A DNA stretch of 64,000 nucleotides from an uncultured Gemmatimonadaceae bacterium (GCA_963740355.1 CAVUDW010000003.1:1344001-1408000), one strand, 5' to 3'; counted from the stretch's first letter, positions 48,140 through 58,648 are shown. Notes: generated by a model not told the origin, from the sequence alone. Numbers and translations are program-made.

Positions 48140-49777
48140 CTACCGTCGATAGCCCGCAGTGTTCCGCGTGCCGTCGACACAGGCCGGCCAGGTGCCCGGC
48201 GCACCGTTCGGGCCGGCTGGCAGCGGGTCGACTTTCACACGCCGCATCTGCGTCGGATCTTCGCTGGCGAGATATATCAACATCGCGACCAGCGTCGCAT
48301 TCTGCTTCAGGTCGTCCACCACGATCTTGTCGAACGTGTCACGATTCGTGTGCCACGTGGTCGAGCCGTAATCCCAGCCCAGTGCACCAACGCCGAAGGC
48401 CGGCGCACCGGCGCAGGTGAAGCTCACATGGTCCGTGCCACCGCTGCCTGGCTGACCCACGCCGCCGTAGCGGATCCACTGCGTAAAGTCGCTCGGCAGC
48501 TGCGACAGGTAGCCGCGCAGCACGGTGTCGGCCGACGTCAGGCCGCTCGCGCTCATGCTGATGATGCGGCCAGTACCGTTGTCCTGGTTGAAGAGCGCCT
48601 GCAGGCCATTCACCACTTCCGGGTGATCCTTCACGTACGAGCGCGAACCGTTCAGGCCCTGCTCTTCACCGCCCCAGTGGCCGGCGATGATCGTGCGCTT
48701 CGGCTTGTACCCGACACTCTTCAGGATGCGCATCGCTTCCAGCATCGTGATGGTGCCGGTCGCATTGTCGGTGGCACCACTGCCGGCTTCCCACGAATCC
48801 ATGTGGGCGGAAAGCATCACATACTGATTGGCGTTCTTGCCGGTGCCCTTGATCTCGCCGAGGGTGTTGGTGACCGGCACTTCGCCGAGGTTTTCGCTTT
48901 CGATCTGCACGCGCAGCTTGGGGCCCTGCTTGTTCGTCGAAAGGCGATAGACGAGGCCGTAGTCTTCGCAGCTCAAGTCGAACGTCGGCACCTGCTGCCG
49001 AGGCGAACCAAACGTCTTGTTGATGCCGGGATAGTTGGACCAACCGAAGGTCACGACACCCGCCGCGCCGTAGGCCTTGAGGCTGTCCTGCAGCCCGGCG
49101 GCGGAGACGTTGCGATTGTTGAAGCTGATGCGGATCGAATCCTGCGCGGCGCGCATCGAGGCCAGCGTGGCCGGCGTCGCGAACTCGGCCAGCTGCTGCG
49201 GGCTGCGGCAGCTGAGCTGCGGCGCGTTGATCATCACGAACTTGCCGCGCGTGGCCATCAACCAGGCATGCGCTGCATCAGCCGACTCGAACTGCGGCAA
49301 CACGACCACGTCGCCAGTGACGGCGCCGTTGGTCGACGGGCTCCACGACAACATGGTGCCTTCGAGGGTCCGCGTCCGCGGTGCGACGAGGTCAATGTGG
49401 GTCACGCCGCGCTTGAAGCTGCTCCACGTGCCCCACTGTTCCTTCTTGGCCGAGATGCCCCACTCGGCGTACTTCTTCAGCAGCCAGTCACCGGCGGCGG
49501 TGAAGCCGGGCGACCCGGTGAGCCGCGGTCCGATGGAATCGGTCAGCACCTGCGCCAGCGCACCGGCCTGCGAGCGCTGCATGCCCTCTTCCATGATCCG
49601 CAGCATCACGGGATCGGTGACGGGCGTCCGGCGCACCCACTCCGGCCACGCCTCAGGCGCGATGGGCTTCGCCATGGAGTTCTGAACCACCGGCGCCTCG
49701 ACAGGGCGCTGGCCTGACACCATCACCGGCGTGAGCACCGCGGCGGCGAGGGACAAGCGTCGGACAAACAGGGTCAT
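48140..49777 (-). CDS. Exported M28 metallopeptidase (carboxypeptidase Q-like)
   Basis: GPRLTGS, SAHMDSW, GATDNATG, GEEQGL, TDH.SF, WHTNRD. Confidence 0.9.
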   Translation of the reverse strand: MTLFVRRLSLAAAVLTPVMVSGQRPVEAPVVQNSMAKPIAPEAWPEWVRRTPVTDPVMLRIMEEGMQRSQAGALAQVLTDSIGPRLTGSPGFTAAGDWLLKKYAEWGISAKKEQWGTWSSFKRGVTHIDLVAPRTRTLEGTMLSWSPSTNGAVTGDVVVLPQFESADAAHAWLMATRGKFVMINAPQLSCRSPQQLAEFATPATLASMRAAQDSIRISFNNRNVSAAGLQDSLKAYGAAGVVTFGWSNYPGINKTFGSPRQQVPTFDLSCEDYGLVYRLSTNKQGPKLRVQIESENLGEVPVTNTLGEIKGTGKNANQYVMLSAHMDSWEAGSGATDNATGTITMLEAMRILKSVGYKPKRTIIAGHWGGEEQGLNGSRSYVKDHPEVVNGLQALFNQDNGTGRIISMSASGLTSADTVLRGYLSQLPSDFTQWIRYGGVGQPGSGGTDHVSFTCAGAPAFGVGALGWDYGSTTWHTNRDTFDKIVVDDLKQNATLVAMLIYLASEDPTQMRRVKVDPLPAGPNGAPGTWPACVDGTRNTAGYRR

Positions 49778-49895
49778 GCAGGAGCCTCGAAGTCGAAGAG
49801 AAGCGGTCAAATCTGACCACTGCGCTACGACCGTGCTCCCTTCGCTGTTATTGCGAGTCACTTCCCGATAGCTGCAAAGCTCTCGTGCTCCGCTT

Positions 49896-49934
49896 CGCGC
49901 CGTTCCTCCGCGCCGTTCCTCCGCGCCGTTCCTC
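49896..49934. repeat. Tandem 13-mer CGCGCCGTTCCTC x3
   Basis: Exact copies start at 49896, 49909 and 49922. Confidence 0.9.
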
Positions 49935-49984
49935 CGCGCGCACCCGCCGCGACGCTGCGCTTTCGCCTGGCGGTCCACACTTCC

Positions 49985-50300
49985 TCACGCGGAGGCGCGG
50001 AGGACCGCGGAGCCGCGGAGCTTTCGCTCCCGGCAGCCAGCTCTTGCTTGGGCCAGGAGGATGAACTGCAGGGGAACTGCGCTCGCGGTCGCCACCCCCG
50101 GCTCCAAGTAGCACCTAGCAGCCACCGCAACGTTGCCAAGCGGGCCGACACCCCAAAAAGCAGTTGCTGTTACCGTTTGCCCTTCGCCCGGTGTGGACCC
50201 CTCCGCCGCCAAAGGCGTCCGGGCCCTCCTCCGCGTCTCCGCGTCCCCCGCGGCTCCGCGAGTTTGACCGTGTGGACCAGAGCCGCCAAAGGCGTCCAAA
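49985..50300. repeat. Palindromic element family A, diverged copy 5 (CGCGGAG variant)
   Basis: CGCGGAGGCGCGGAGGACCGCGGAGCCGCGGAG / CTCCGCGTCTCCGCGTCCCCCGCGGCTCCGCG arms; internal GGGGAACTGC and GCAGTT; GCCGCCAAAGGCGTCC occurs twice. Confidence 0.7.
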
Positions 50301-50729
50301 GGCCCGCCGGCGTGAGATTGAGGACCCCGTCCGCAAAACACTCAAAACAGAACGGGCCGCCTTCCCGGAGGAAGACGACCCGCACTACACGCGGCGAAGC
50401 GCTCGGGATCGCTTTGCACGCGCACAGTAGCGGCGCTTCGTCGCGCCAGGCTCGGTCAGTCGGAGGGAGCCACGAGCACACTCCCGATGCCCAATGGATG
50501 GGCACGTCAAATGCCAAGCTCGGCCATTGCCGGAGCCGTACGCCTGCGCCGCGCCGCGCGACACGCCGTAACGCCATGCTTCTTAATCACTTACGACAAG
50601 ACGACCGACATCGGATTGATGCCGGTCGTCTCCAAATCGTGCGCAAGTCGCAAGTTCAGTCGAACTCGACTGTGGCGCGAATCCTACTGTTCAGCTCGCA
50701 GAATGTAGGATCATTGCGGCGGCCGTCGC

Positions 50730-52133
50730 CTAGAGGCGCGGACTGAGGCCATCCGCCAGCGAGCTCTGATAGGCGCGCCAGGCCGGGACCAATCCTACCA
50801 GCACGCCCGCCGCCAGGACGACGGCGATGTACGCCCATTCCAGCGGGCCAGGCGCCTGCACAGCGATGTGCACACCCGTCTTCGACTCGATCACACCCTG
50901 GGCCAGTGCGAAACCACCCATCACCAATCCAATGCCGAGCGCACAACCCAAAAGGGTGAGGAGCCCGCTTTCGAGCACGAGGAGCGCCACGATCATCGAC
51001 GGGCGAGCGCCAACCGCGCGCAGCACCGCCATCTCGCGACGACGCGCTTCGAGGGAGGAGTAGAGTGCGACCAGCATGCCGATCAGGCCCACCACGATCG
51101 TCAGCGCTCCCACCAGCCTGAGCCCGCCTTCGACCGCGCCGAGCGTTTTCCAGAGTTCGGCGAGCGTGACGCCCGGGATCACCGCCGTGAGCGGTTCGCC
51201 CTTGAACTGGTTGATCTCGCGCTGGAGGCGCAGCGTCTCGAAGCGCGTCTTGGTGCCGACGAGGAATGCGCTGAGCGCCTTCGGCTGGTCTTCGAAGATG
51301 TTGGCGGGCACTGTGTACGCTGGGGCCGTGGCGCCGGGCATCGCTGGCTGGGTCGCGCCTGGCATTGCCGGTGGCGTCGCACCGGGCATTGCGGGCGCTG
51401 CGCTCGGCGCCGTTGCGCTTGGCATCGCTGGTGGCGCTTCGGCACCCGGCATCACCGGCGCACCGCCTGTTCCCGGCATCGCGCCCGCTTCGCCGCCGTG
51501 CATCGCCTCGATGCCATCAAGCGTCACGAACAATGCACGATCGAGCGGCGTGAACGTCTGCTGCAGCACACCCACCACCGTGAATGGATGCGACTCGTGA
51601 TCACCCAGCCCCGCGACCGCGTTCAGGCCATGCCCCACCGTGACCTTCGATCCGACGCGGTAGCCAAGCTTGTCCGCCACTTCACTGCCGATCACCACAT
51701 CACTGTCGGCCGCGATCACCGTGCCGGCGGCGAAGGTCAACTTGCCGGAACTGCGATAGCGCCAATGTTCGAACAATCCCGCCGTAGTGCCGATCACGCG
51801 ATACCCGCGATGTGAATCGCCGATCGCGAGAGGGACGGTCCACTTGATGGCCGGGTGCTTGGTGAACTGTTCGTAGATCGGATACGGCACACTGCCGGTC
51901 GGCGAACCAATGCCAAACACCGATCCAAGCAAGAGCTGCAGTGTGCCGCCGCGTGCACCGACGACCAGATCAGTGCCCTTGATCGTGCCGGTGAAACTCT
52001 CCCGCATACCGCGGCGCGCCTGCTCCACACCAAGCAGCAGCGTGATGCTCAGTGCGACGGCGGCGACGGTGAGGATCGATGTGACGGGACGATTGCGGAG
52101 CGACCGCCAGGCCAATGCCAGCAGGACGTTCAT
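50730..52133 (-). CDS. MacB/FtsX-type ABC permease (PA4065/ZrgC-like)
   Basis: LAWRSLRNR, TDLVVGARGG, GDSHRGYRVIGT, RRREMAVLRAVGA. Confidence 0.88.
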   Translation of the reverse strand: MNVLLALAWRSLRNRPVTSILTVAAVALSITLLLGVEQARRGMRESFTGTIKGTDLVVGARGGTLQLLLGSVFGIGSPTGSVPYPIYEQFTKHPAIKWTVPLAIGDSHRGYRVIGTTAGLFEHWRYRSSGKLTFAAGTVIAADSDVVIGSEVADKLGYRVGSKVTVGHGLNAVAGLGDHESHPFTVVGVLQQTFTPLDRALFVTLDGIEAMHGGEAGAMPGTGGAPVMPGAEAPPAMPSATAPSAAPAMPGATPPAMPGATQPAMPGATAPAYTVPANIFEDQPKALSAFLVGTKTRFETLRLQREINQFKGEPLTAVIPGVTLAELWKTLGAVEGGLRLVGALTIVVGLIGMLVALYSSLEARRREMAVLRAVGARPSMIVALLVLESGLLTLLGCALGIGLVMGGFALAQGVIESKTGVHIAVQAPGPLEWAYIAVVLAAGVLVGLVPAWRAYQSSLADGLSPRL

Positions 52134-52843
52134 GCGGCGTCGGCGTGTGCAGCCCGGTTCAGCGTCGGCAACGACAGCTGCGTGTCGAAGCGCGCACCCA
52201 GCCCCGCGTCGTGACTCACGAACAGCAGCGTGGCATTGGCGCGCGCGACACTGCTCGCCAGCAAGGCGAGGAAGGCGTCACGCCGATCGGTGTCGAGCGA
52301 CGACGTCGGTTCATCACAGATCACCAGCTCCGGCGCCGCCAGCAACGCGCGCGCCGCAGCCACGCGCTGCTGCTGGCCCACGCTGAGCGCGGTCGATTGC
52401 TGATCGAGGAGGTTCGCGATGTCGAGTTGTGCCGCCACATCACGAATGGCCGCATCGAGCGAGGTGCTGCCCAACCGCGCGCGTCGCCGCGCATCGAGTC
52501 GGCAGGGGAGCGCGATGTTGTCGTACGCGCTCAGGTACGGAATCAAGTTGAACTGCTGGAACACATAGCCGATGTGCTCCGCACGAAAGGCATCGCGCTG
52601 CGATCCACTCATCGTGACGAGGTCGCGGTCGAGCACCTTCACCGACCCGGTGGTGGCCTGCAGCACGCCGGCGAGGATGCCAAGCAGTGTCGTCTTGCCG
52701 CAGCCGGACGGACCGTGCAGAAAGACTCGACTGCCGCGCTCGATCACCAGCGACGGGATGTCGAGCACACGCGGACCAGAGCCGTACGAGAACTGCAGGG
52801 CGTCGATCGTGATCGCGGCGCCGGCGCGCCCCGCCACGGTCAC
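52130..52843 (-). CDS. ABC transporter ATPase
   Basis: GPSGCGKTT, LSVGQQQRVA, CDEPTSSLD. Confidence 0.92.
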   Translation of the reverse strand: MTVAGRAGAAITIDALQFSYGSGPRVLDIPSLVIERGSRVFLHGPSGCGKTTLLGILAGVLQATTGSVKVLDRDLVTMSGSQRDAFRAEHIGYVFQQFNLIPYLSAYDNIALPCRLDARRRARLGSTSLDAAIRDVAAQLDIANLLDQQSTALSVGQQQRVAAARALLAAPELVICDEPTSSLDTDRRDAFLALLASSVARANATLLFVSHDAGLGARFDTQLSLPTLNRAAHADAA

Positions 52844-53337
52844 TTCTTCACGTACGGCGACACCTTCATGCCCTTGATCGTGAAGCCTGCGGTGCCGTAG
52901 AGGCTTTCCACGAGGTCGATACCAAGCGTGCCCTCGAGCCAGATCGCCTCGAAGAGATCGAGCCGGACCTTCTGCCGGCCTTCCATCTCCACCAGCACCA
53001 TCTGGTTGGGCGGCGGCGGCGGGGTGTGCACGCAGGCGCCGTAATACGGCACCAGCAGGAACTCGGCATCCTCCTGGCTGGCGTCATCCAGCGGCACCAC
53101 GTAGCCGGCGATCCGGACGACCTGACCGCGGAGCGCGCTCAGGGCGGGCAGCACGGCCCCGGTCTGCGGGTTCATGCCGCCCAGCGTCCGCCAGTCGATC
53201 AGGACCGGATCAGCGACCGTACCCGAGCCCGTGGCCGACACGCTCGTGAGCAGCGCAGGGGTGCCGGACACCCAGGGATCACCCAGCGGCGCGGAAAGCG
53301 CGAGGGCGGCGGCGAGGGCAAGCGGAGTCAGGGGCAT
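52840..53337 (-). CDS. DUF3299-family exported protein
   Basis: RIAGYVVPL and EFLLVPYYGACVHTPPPPPNQ. Confidence 0.88.
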   Translation of the reverse strand: MPLTPLALAAALALSAPLGDPWVSGTPALLTSVSATGSGTVADPVLIDWRTLGGMNPQTGAVLPALSALRGQVVRIAGYVVPLDDASQEDAEFLLVPYYGACVHTPPPPPNQMVLVEMEGRQKVRLDLFEAIWLEGTLGIDLVESLYGTAGFTIKGMKVSPYVKK

Positions 53338-53646
53338 GGGTCTCAGGGGAAAGGCGGGCACTCGACGTAACCAACCGGTCCAATATCGCGTGGACGGCTT
53401 CTACCCCGCGAGTACGGAATGCTGCCACCCACTGCTGAAGCCATGTCGGCGCCCAGCCGCTCACCGAATGTTTGCCTGTCGTTCTGACAGCCCGCAGAGG
53501 GGAAAGGGCCATGACCAACGGACTGCCGCGTCCGCAGGCGGCCGTCGCTCAGCTGTGACGAATGCCCGCATCACCTGTCATGAGGGGAGACGAGAGGCCG
53601 CTTACCCACCCCTTGGGCGGTCCGATCATGTCTGACCCTGTTCCAC

Positions 53647-56571
53647 ATGGCATCGATTCAGCTCCCAACACCTCTATTCCTCACGGCACAGCGGCTGAAC
53701 ACGTTGGAGCCGCGAGCACAACTCTCGGCCCGCGGCGCGATTCTCTATGCGCTGGCGTACGCCGCGATGATGCTGTTCGATGCACCGAACATCCTGCTGC
53801 ATGTGATGCTCGTGCCGCCCTGCCTGGTGGCGGCCTGGTTTGCGAGCGAAGCGGTGCGCCGGACGCTCGACCCACGCACACGATTCGCGTGGCGCCTGGT
53901 GTCGGTCGCGCTGCTGATCCAGGCCTTCGGCGATGGTGCCTGGACATACTTCGAGATCATCGGTCGGACCACGATGTGGGATCGCTGGAGCCACACGCCC
54001 CAGTTGCTCATCACACCGCTCTGGCTGGCCGCGGTGCTCACCTTCCCACGCGGCGAACGCAGCAAGGCTGACGCCGCACGATTCACTCTCGATGCACTGA
54101 CGGTGGTGTCAGCGGCCGCGATGGTCGTGTGGCACTTCATTCTCGCACCACTGCTCGCGGATTCAGTCTCGCAGGAAGACATCGGCATCTATACGGTGTA
54201 TGCAGGGCTCGACCTGATCACGCTGGTCGCCGCTGCATCGATGCTGCTGCAGGATCCAGGCCCGACACTGCGCCGCAGTTCGTGGTGGATTGCGACGGGC
54301 TTGATGCTCAGCTTCCTCGCCAACACGTCGTGGGTCGCGCTCAACATGCGTTACGCGCCGACGATCGCGCAGGTGACGGATGTGCTGCGCATCGGTGGCT
54401 ACCTGATGATCGGGCTTGGCGCCTGCGTCGGCTGGGCGGATGCCCGCGGCATCGCACCGGGTGGACGCGGCGCCAAGCTGCGTGCGCGCTTCAGCATCGT
54501 GCCCTACCTCGCCGTCGCGATGGGCTACGGCCTGCTGTTCGTGATGGCGCTGCGCGAGACGTATCACATCACCGACCTAGTGGTCGGCGCGGTGATCCTC
54601 ACAGGTCTGGTGATGGCGCGTCAGCTGACCGCCGTGCGCGAGAACATGCGCCTCTACATCGAGCAGACGGCCAAGGAAACCGAAGCCCGTTTCCGCTCGC
54701 TGGTGCAGCATTCGTCCGACGTCTTCGCGATTCTCGATCCACTCGGCATCATCCGCTACGTCAGCCCGGCCGCCGAACGTGTCTTCGGCACCTCGGCCGA
54801 CCGGATGGTAAATCGCACGCTGGCGGAACTGGTCCACGAAGCCGATCGCGGCGCGTACGAAGCACACTTCTCGGCATCACTGATGGGCAGCTCATCCACC
54901 AGTCACATCGGCTGCCGGATGATCCGCACCGATGGCGAGTGGATGCGCACCGAGACCGTGGCGACGAACCTGCTCGCCGACGTGAACGTGAACGGCATCG
55001 TGCTCACGATCCGCGACGTCACCGAACGTGTCACCCTCGAAGAACACCTGCGCCACCAGGCGCTGCACGATCCGCTGACTGGCCTCGGCAACCGCGCGCT
55101 CTTCCAGGATCGCGTGGCCCATGGATTGGCGCGCGCCGAACGCACCAACGATGAAGTGGCGGTGGTCTTCCTCGACCTCGACAACTTCAAGGAAATCAAC
55201 GACTCGCTCGGTCACGCGGCTGGCGACGCGGTGCTGGTGCAGACGGCCAACCGCCTACGCACCTGCCTCCGAGACAGCGACACTGCGGCACGGTTCGGCG
55301 GCGACGAATTCGCGATCCTGCTGGAGCAGACGCGCGGTGAAGGCGAGGTGATGGATGTGGCCCAACGCATCTCGGCGGCTCTCGGTCGTCCGCTGCAGGT
55401 GGAAGGCAAGGACGTCGACCTCAACGCCAGCATCGGTATCGCTCGCGCACAACCGCAGCAGAGCGCCGATGAAGTGTTGCGCAACGCTGACGTCGCGATG
55501 TACCACGCCAAGGCACGCGGCAAGGCCTGCGCGGTGCTCTACGAAAGTGGCATGCACGCCGCCGTGCTCGATCGCATCGAGATGCAGGCAGATCTGCGCA
55601 AGGCGCTCGAGCGGAATGAACTGACGCTGGTCTACCAGCCGATCGTGGAGCTTGGCACGCAGCAGATCATCGGTGCCGAAGCGCTGGTCCGCTGGAACCA
55701 CCCGTACCGCGGTATGGTCTCGCCGATGGATTTCATTCCGCTGGCGGAAGAGACGGGCCTGATCGTCGAGATTGGCGAGTGGGTGCTACGTACCGCGGCC
55801 ACCGCTGCTGCCAACTGGCCGATTCCACCCGGACAGGTGCCGGTCACGATCACGGTCAATCTCTCGGCGCGACAGATGGTGGACGGCAACTTCATCGACA
55901 TCGTCAAGCGCACGTTGGTCGACACGAAGCTGGACGCCGATCGCCTGGTGCTGGAACTGACGGAAAGCATGCTGGTGGGACGCAGCAACGAAACGCTGGC
56001 GCTGTTGCATCGCATCCGTGCGCTCGGCGTGCGGCTGGCGATCGACGACTTCGGCACGGGGTATTCGTCGCTCGGTTACCTGTCACAGTATCCGCTGGAC
56101 GTGCTCAAGATCGACCGCAGTTTTGTGCAAGGCATGGACAATGGCCCGAACGGTCGCGCGCTGGCATCAGCGGTCGTGGCACTGGGTCGTTCACTGAAGC
56201 TGAAGGTCGTGGCCGAGGGCATCGAGCGCGCGGAGCAGGAGTGGGACCTGCGCAACCTCGGATGTGACTACGGCCAGGGGTACCTGTACTCGAAGCCGAT
56301 CTCGTCGTACCAGCTGGCCGACCTGCTCGAAGTGGGCGACATGGGCGCGCCGCGTCCACAGGGCCCGCGCGCCGTGGTTGGTGGTCCGCTGCTTCCCAAG
56401 CGCACATCACTCAACACGCCGCTCGCGCTGGCCGCAGTGCATGCTGCTCACCAGCCGGTGAACGCTGGCATCGTGCAGTCCGCCGCGCAGTCGCTCGACA
56501 GTGTGATGCCTGACATTCCGGGTGTGATCGCCGTCGAACGACACCTCACGAAGCAGCAGTCAGTCGCTTGA
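53647..56571 (+). CDS. Membrane-bound PAS-GGDEF-EAL c-di-GMP enzyme
   Basis: Multi-pass N-terminus; PAS domain; HDPLTGL.NR, RFGGDEF, GAEAL, IDDFGTGYSSL, AEGIE. Confidence 0.95.
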   Translation: MASIQLPTPLFLTAQRLNTLEPRAQLSARGAILYALAYAAMMLFDAPNILLHVMLVPPCLVAAWFASEAVRRTLDPRTRFAWRLVSVALLIQAFGDGAWTYFEIIGRTTMWDRWSHTPQLLITPLWLAAVLTFPRGERSKADAARFTLDALTVVSAAAMVVWHFILAPLLADSVSQEDIGIYTVYAGLDLITLVAAASMLLQDPGPTLRRSSWWIATGLMLSFLANTSWVALNMRYAPTIAQVTDVLRIGGYLMIGLGACVGWADARGIAPGGRGAKLRARFSIVPYLAVAMGYGLLFVMALRETYHITDLVVGAVILTGLVMARQLTAVRENMRLYIEQTAKETEARFRSLVQHSSDVFAILDPLGIIRYVSPAAERVFGTSADRMVNRTLAELVHEADRGAYEAHFSASLMGSSSTSHIGCRMIRTDGEWMRTETVATNLLADVNVNGIVLTIRDVTERVTLEEHLRHQALHDPLTGLGNRALFQDRVAHGLARAERTNDEVAVVFLDLDNFKEINDSLGHAAGDAVLVQTANRLRTCLRDSDTAARFGGDEFAILLEQTRGEGEVMDVAQRISAALGRPLQVEGKDVDLNASIGIARAQPQQSADEVLRNADVAMYHAKARGKACAVLYESGMHAAVLDRIEMQADLRKALERNELTLVYQPIVELGTQQIIGAEALVRWNHPYRGMVSPMDFIPLAEETGLIVEIGEWVLRTAATAAANWPIPPGQVPVTITVNLSARQMVDGNFIDIVKRTLVDTKLDADRLVLELTESMLVGRSNETLALLHRIRALGVRLAIDDFGTGYSSLGYLSQYPLDVLKIDRSFVQGMDNGPNGRALASAVVALGRSLKLKVVAEGIERAEQEWDLRNLGCDYGQGYLYSKPISSYQLADLLEVGDMGAPRPQGPRAVVGGPLLPKRTSLNTPLALAAVHAAHQPVNAGIVQSAAQSLDSVMPDIPGVIAVERHLTKQQSVA

Positions 56572-56652
56572 GCGTGTGATTGCGTTGAAGGGCAGAGCGA
56601 GATGCTCTGCCCTTCTCGCGTTTCATACATCGCTGCCCGTTGCGAGCATCGC

Positions 56653-57070
56653 TAACTGCAATTGAGCGGGAGGCCACGGAGCTCACGGAGTAGCTCCATT
56701 CGCGAGCTTTCTGGTTACGCCACCTCCGTTAACTGCAATGTGAGCGGGAGGCCACGGAGCTCACGGAGTAGCTCCATACTCGGAGGGTCGCGTTTCGCAA
56801 CGGAAGAGACGGAAGGGAACTGCTTTTACCTCAAAGTCACCAGAGCGACGCGAAGCACCATTGGCGGCCTGCTGAGCTACTCCGTGAGCTCCGTGGCCTC
56901 CCCCCCATTGCTGTTCACAGAGGCTGCGAAGAGCGGAAGCTGGCCGATGGAGCTACTCCGTGAGCTCCGTGGCCTCCCCCCCATCGCTGTTCACAAAGGC
57001 TGCGAAGAGCGGAAGCTGGCCAATGGAGCTACTCCGTGAGCGCCGTGGCCTCCGCTCCAATGCAGTTAAC
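56653..57070. repeat. Repeat family B cluster: 2 direct and 3 inverted copies
   Basis: GGAGGCCACGGAGCTCACGGAGTAGCTCCAT on + in the units at 56653-56699 and 56730-56777; reverse copies at 56875, 56951 and 57027 with a 76-bp period. Confidence 0.92.
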
Positions 57071-57102
57071 GATGCTTAGGAAACACCGAACGCTCGCGGA
57101 AA

Positions 57103-58539
57103 TCAGCTCGAACGCGATGTCAGCACGGGAATGAGATTCGAGGCCAGCGAGGCGACGGCTTCGCGGCCGGCGCGGCGGGCGATGGCGACGAGGGAGCCGA
57201 GGGTGGCGCCGATGGCGGTGGCGACGTCGCGGTCGCCGCCGAGGGGTTCGCCGAGGGAGGAGAGGATCTCGCGGCGGAGACGGAGGACGATGGGGGTCGC
57301 GAAGCGGATCGCGTTGAAGCGCGCGTCGTAGCGCACGCCGAGTCCTTCGATCAGTGCGGCGGTTCGCGCGAAGTAGACCATGTCGCCTGGCAGCAGCACC
57401 GGGAAGTCGTACAACGTGGCCATCACTTCGTCGGCCAGGCGCGTGATGCGTTCGATGCGCTCGGTGGCAGTCGTGTGTTCGTTGGCCAACTCGATCAGCT
57501 GCGCGGCAAGCGTGACGATCATCGCGCGGTCGGCGCCGGGTTCGATCAGGCCGAGGGCGTAGAAACCGTCGACGACTTTCTCGACGTCGCCGCGGATCGA
57601 GGCGAAGACAGTCTGCACCAGCGTGCGGCGCGTCTCCACCGGCACTTCGACCACCATGCCGAAGTCGAGCAGCGTAAGACGGCCGTCGGTGTCGACGAAG
57701 ACATTGCCCGGGTGCGGGTCGGCGTGAAAAAGCCCGTCCACCATCATCATCTGGACGTAGAGCTCCATCACCGAGCGCAGCACGTCGTCCGCCTGCACGC
57801 GACCGGTCGTGATCCAGTCGCCCAACTGGTCCACTCGACGACCGTCGATGAACTCCAGCACCAAGGCGCGCTGGCGGGTGTAGGCGTCGATCACTTCCGG
57901 GATGCGGATATTCGGGTTGCTGGCGAAGTTGCGCCGCACCTGTTGCGCGTAGCGCGCTTCCTGACGGAAGTCCATCTCGTCCGACACCCGCTTCTCGAAC
58001 TCGTCGAGCACCGTGCGCAGACCGGCCACGTGCGGCGGGTTGAGGCGCGAGGCGATGAGGTCGAGGATGCGACGTGCGGCCTTGATGTCGCCTGCCACCA
58101 GCTTCTCGACGCCAGGACGGAGCACCTTCACCACCACCTCGCGACCATCGACGCGGGCGCGGTGTACCTGCCCCAGCGACGCTGCGGCCAGCGGTTGCAC
58201 GTCGAACCACTCGAACACCGTCTCCGGAGGCGCGCCATAACTCTCGATCAGGCTCGCACGAATCCGCTCCGGCGACACACCCGGCACCCGATCGGTCAAC
58301 GTCCCGATGGCGCTGACGTAGGGCTCGGGGATGATGTCCGCACGACCGGCGAATAGTTGGGCGAGCTTGACGAAGGTGGGACCGAGTCCGGCCAGCGTCG
58401 CCACCATGCGATCGGCACGCGCCGCATGGAACGATTCCGTGCGCGGCGTGCGTCCACCGAAGAAGAACCACGCCTTCTGGTCCCGTCTAAAGCTCAGGAG
58501 CAGGGGCAGGAATTGCAGCAGGATCTGGATCACACGCAT
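57103..58539 (-). CDS. AarF/UbiB/ABC1-family atypical kinase
   Basis: LGPTFVKLAQ, AAASLGQVH, VVVKV, FHADPHPGN, LDFGM. Confidence 0.92.
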   Translation of the reverse strand: MRVIQILLQFLPLLLSFRRDQKAWFFFGGRTPRTESFHAARADRMVATLAGLGPTFVKLAQLFAGRADIIPEPYVSAIGTLTDRVPGVSPERIRASLIESYGAPPETVFEWFDVQPLAAASLGQVHRARVDGREVVVKVLRPGVEKLVAGDIKAARRILDLIASRLNPPHVAGLRTVLDEFEKRVSDEMDFRQEARYAQQVRRNFASNPNIRIPEVIDAYTRQRALVLEFIDGRRVDQLGDWITTGRVQADDVLRSVMELYVQMMMVDGLFHADPHPGNVFVDTDGRLTLLDFGMVVEVPVETRRTLVQTVFASIRGDVEKVVDGFYALGLIEPGADRAMIVTLAAQLIELANEHTTATERIERITRLADEVMATLYDFPVLLPGDMVYFARTAALIEGLGVRYDARFNAIRFATPIVLRLRREILSSLGEPLGGDRDVATAIGATLGSLVAIARRAGREAVASLASNLIPVLTSRSS

Positions 58540-58648
58540 TGTTGAAGATACCCCGGCCCGGTCAGACTGAGCCGTAACGACGATTTGAGGCTCGATGATG
58601 AACGTCTGCTGGCTGGTACGACTGTTCCCTGAAGTGACCGTGAATGCG

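Noticed and set aside
48110..49717. Long overlapping ORFs here and at 11550-13079, 21659-23098 and 57029-58471
   Set aside because: They are antisense or alternate-frame shadows expected at high GC; they show no motifs and overlap well-supported genes.
50499..50514. Sigma-54-like GGCAC-N5-ATGC site
   Set aside because: The match is imperfect and there is no plus-strand gene downstream.
56653..57070. Possible CRISPR array (repeat period about 76 bp)
   Set aside because: The repeats occur in both orientations, the two right-hand spacers are nearly identical to each other, and no cas genes are in the window.
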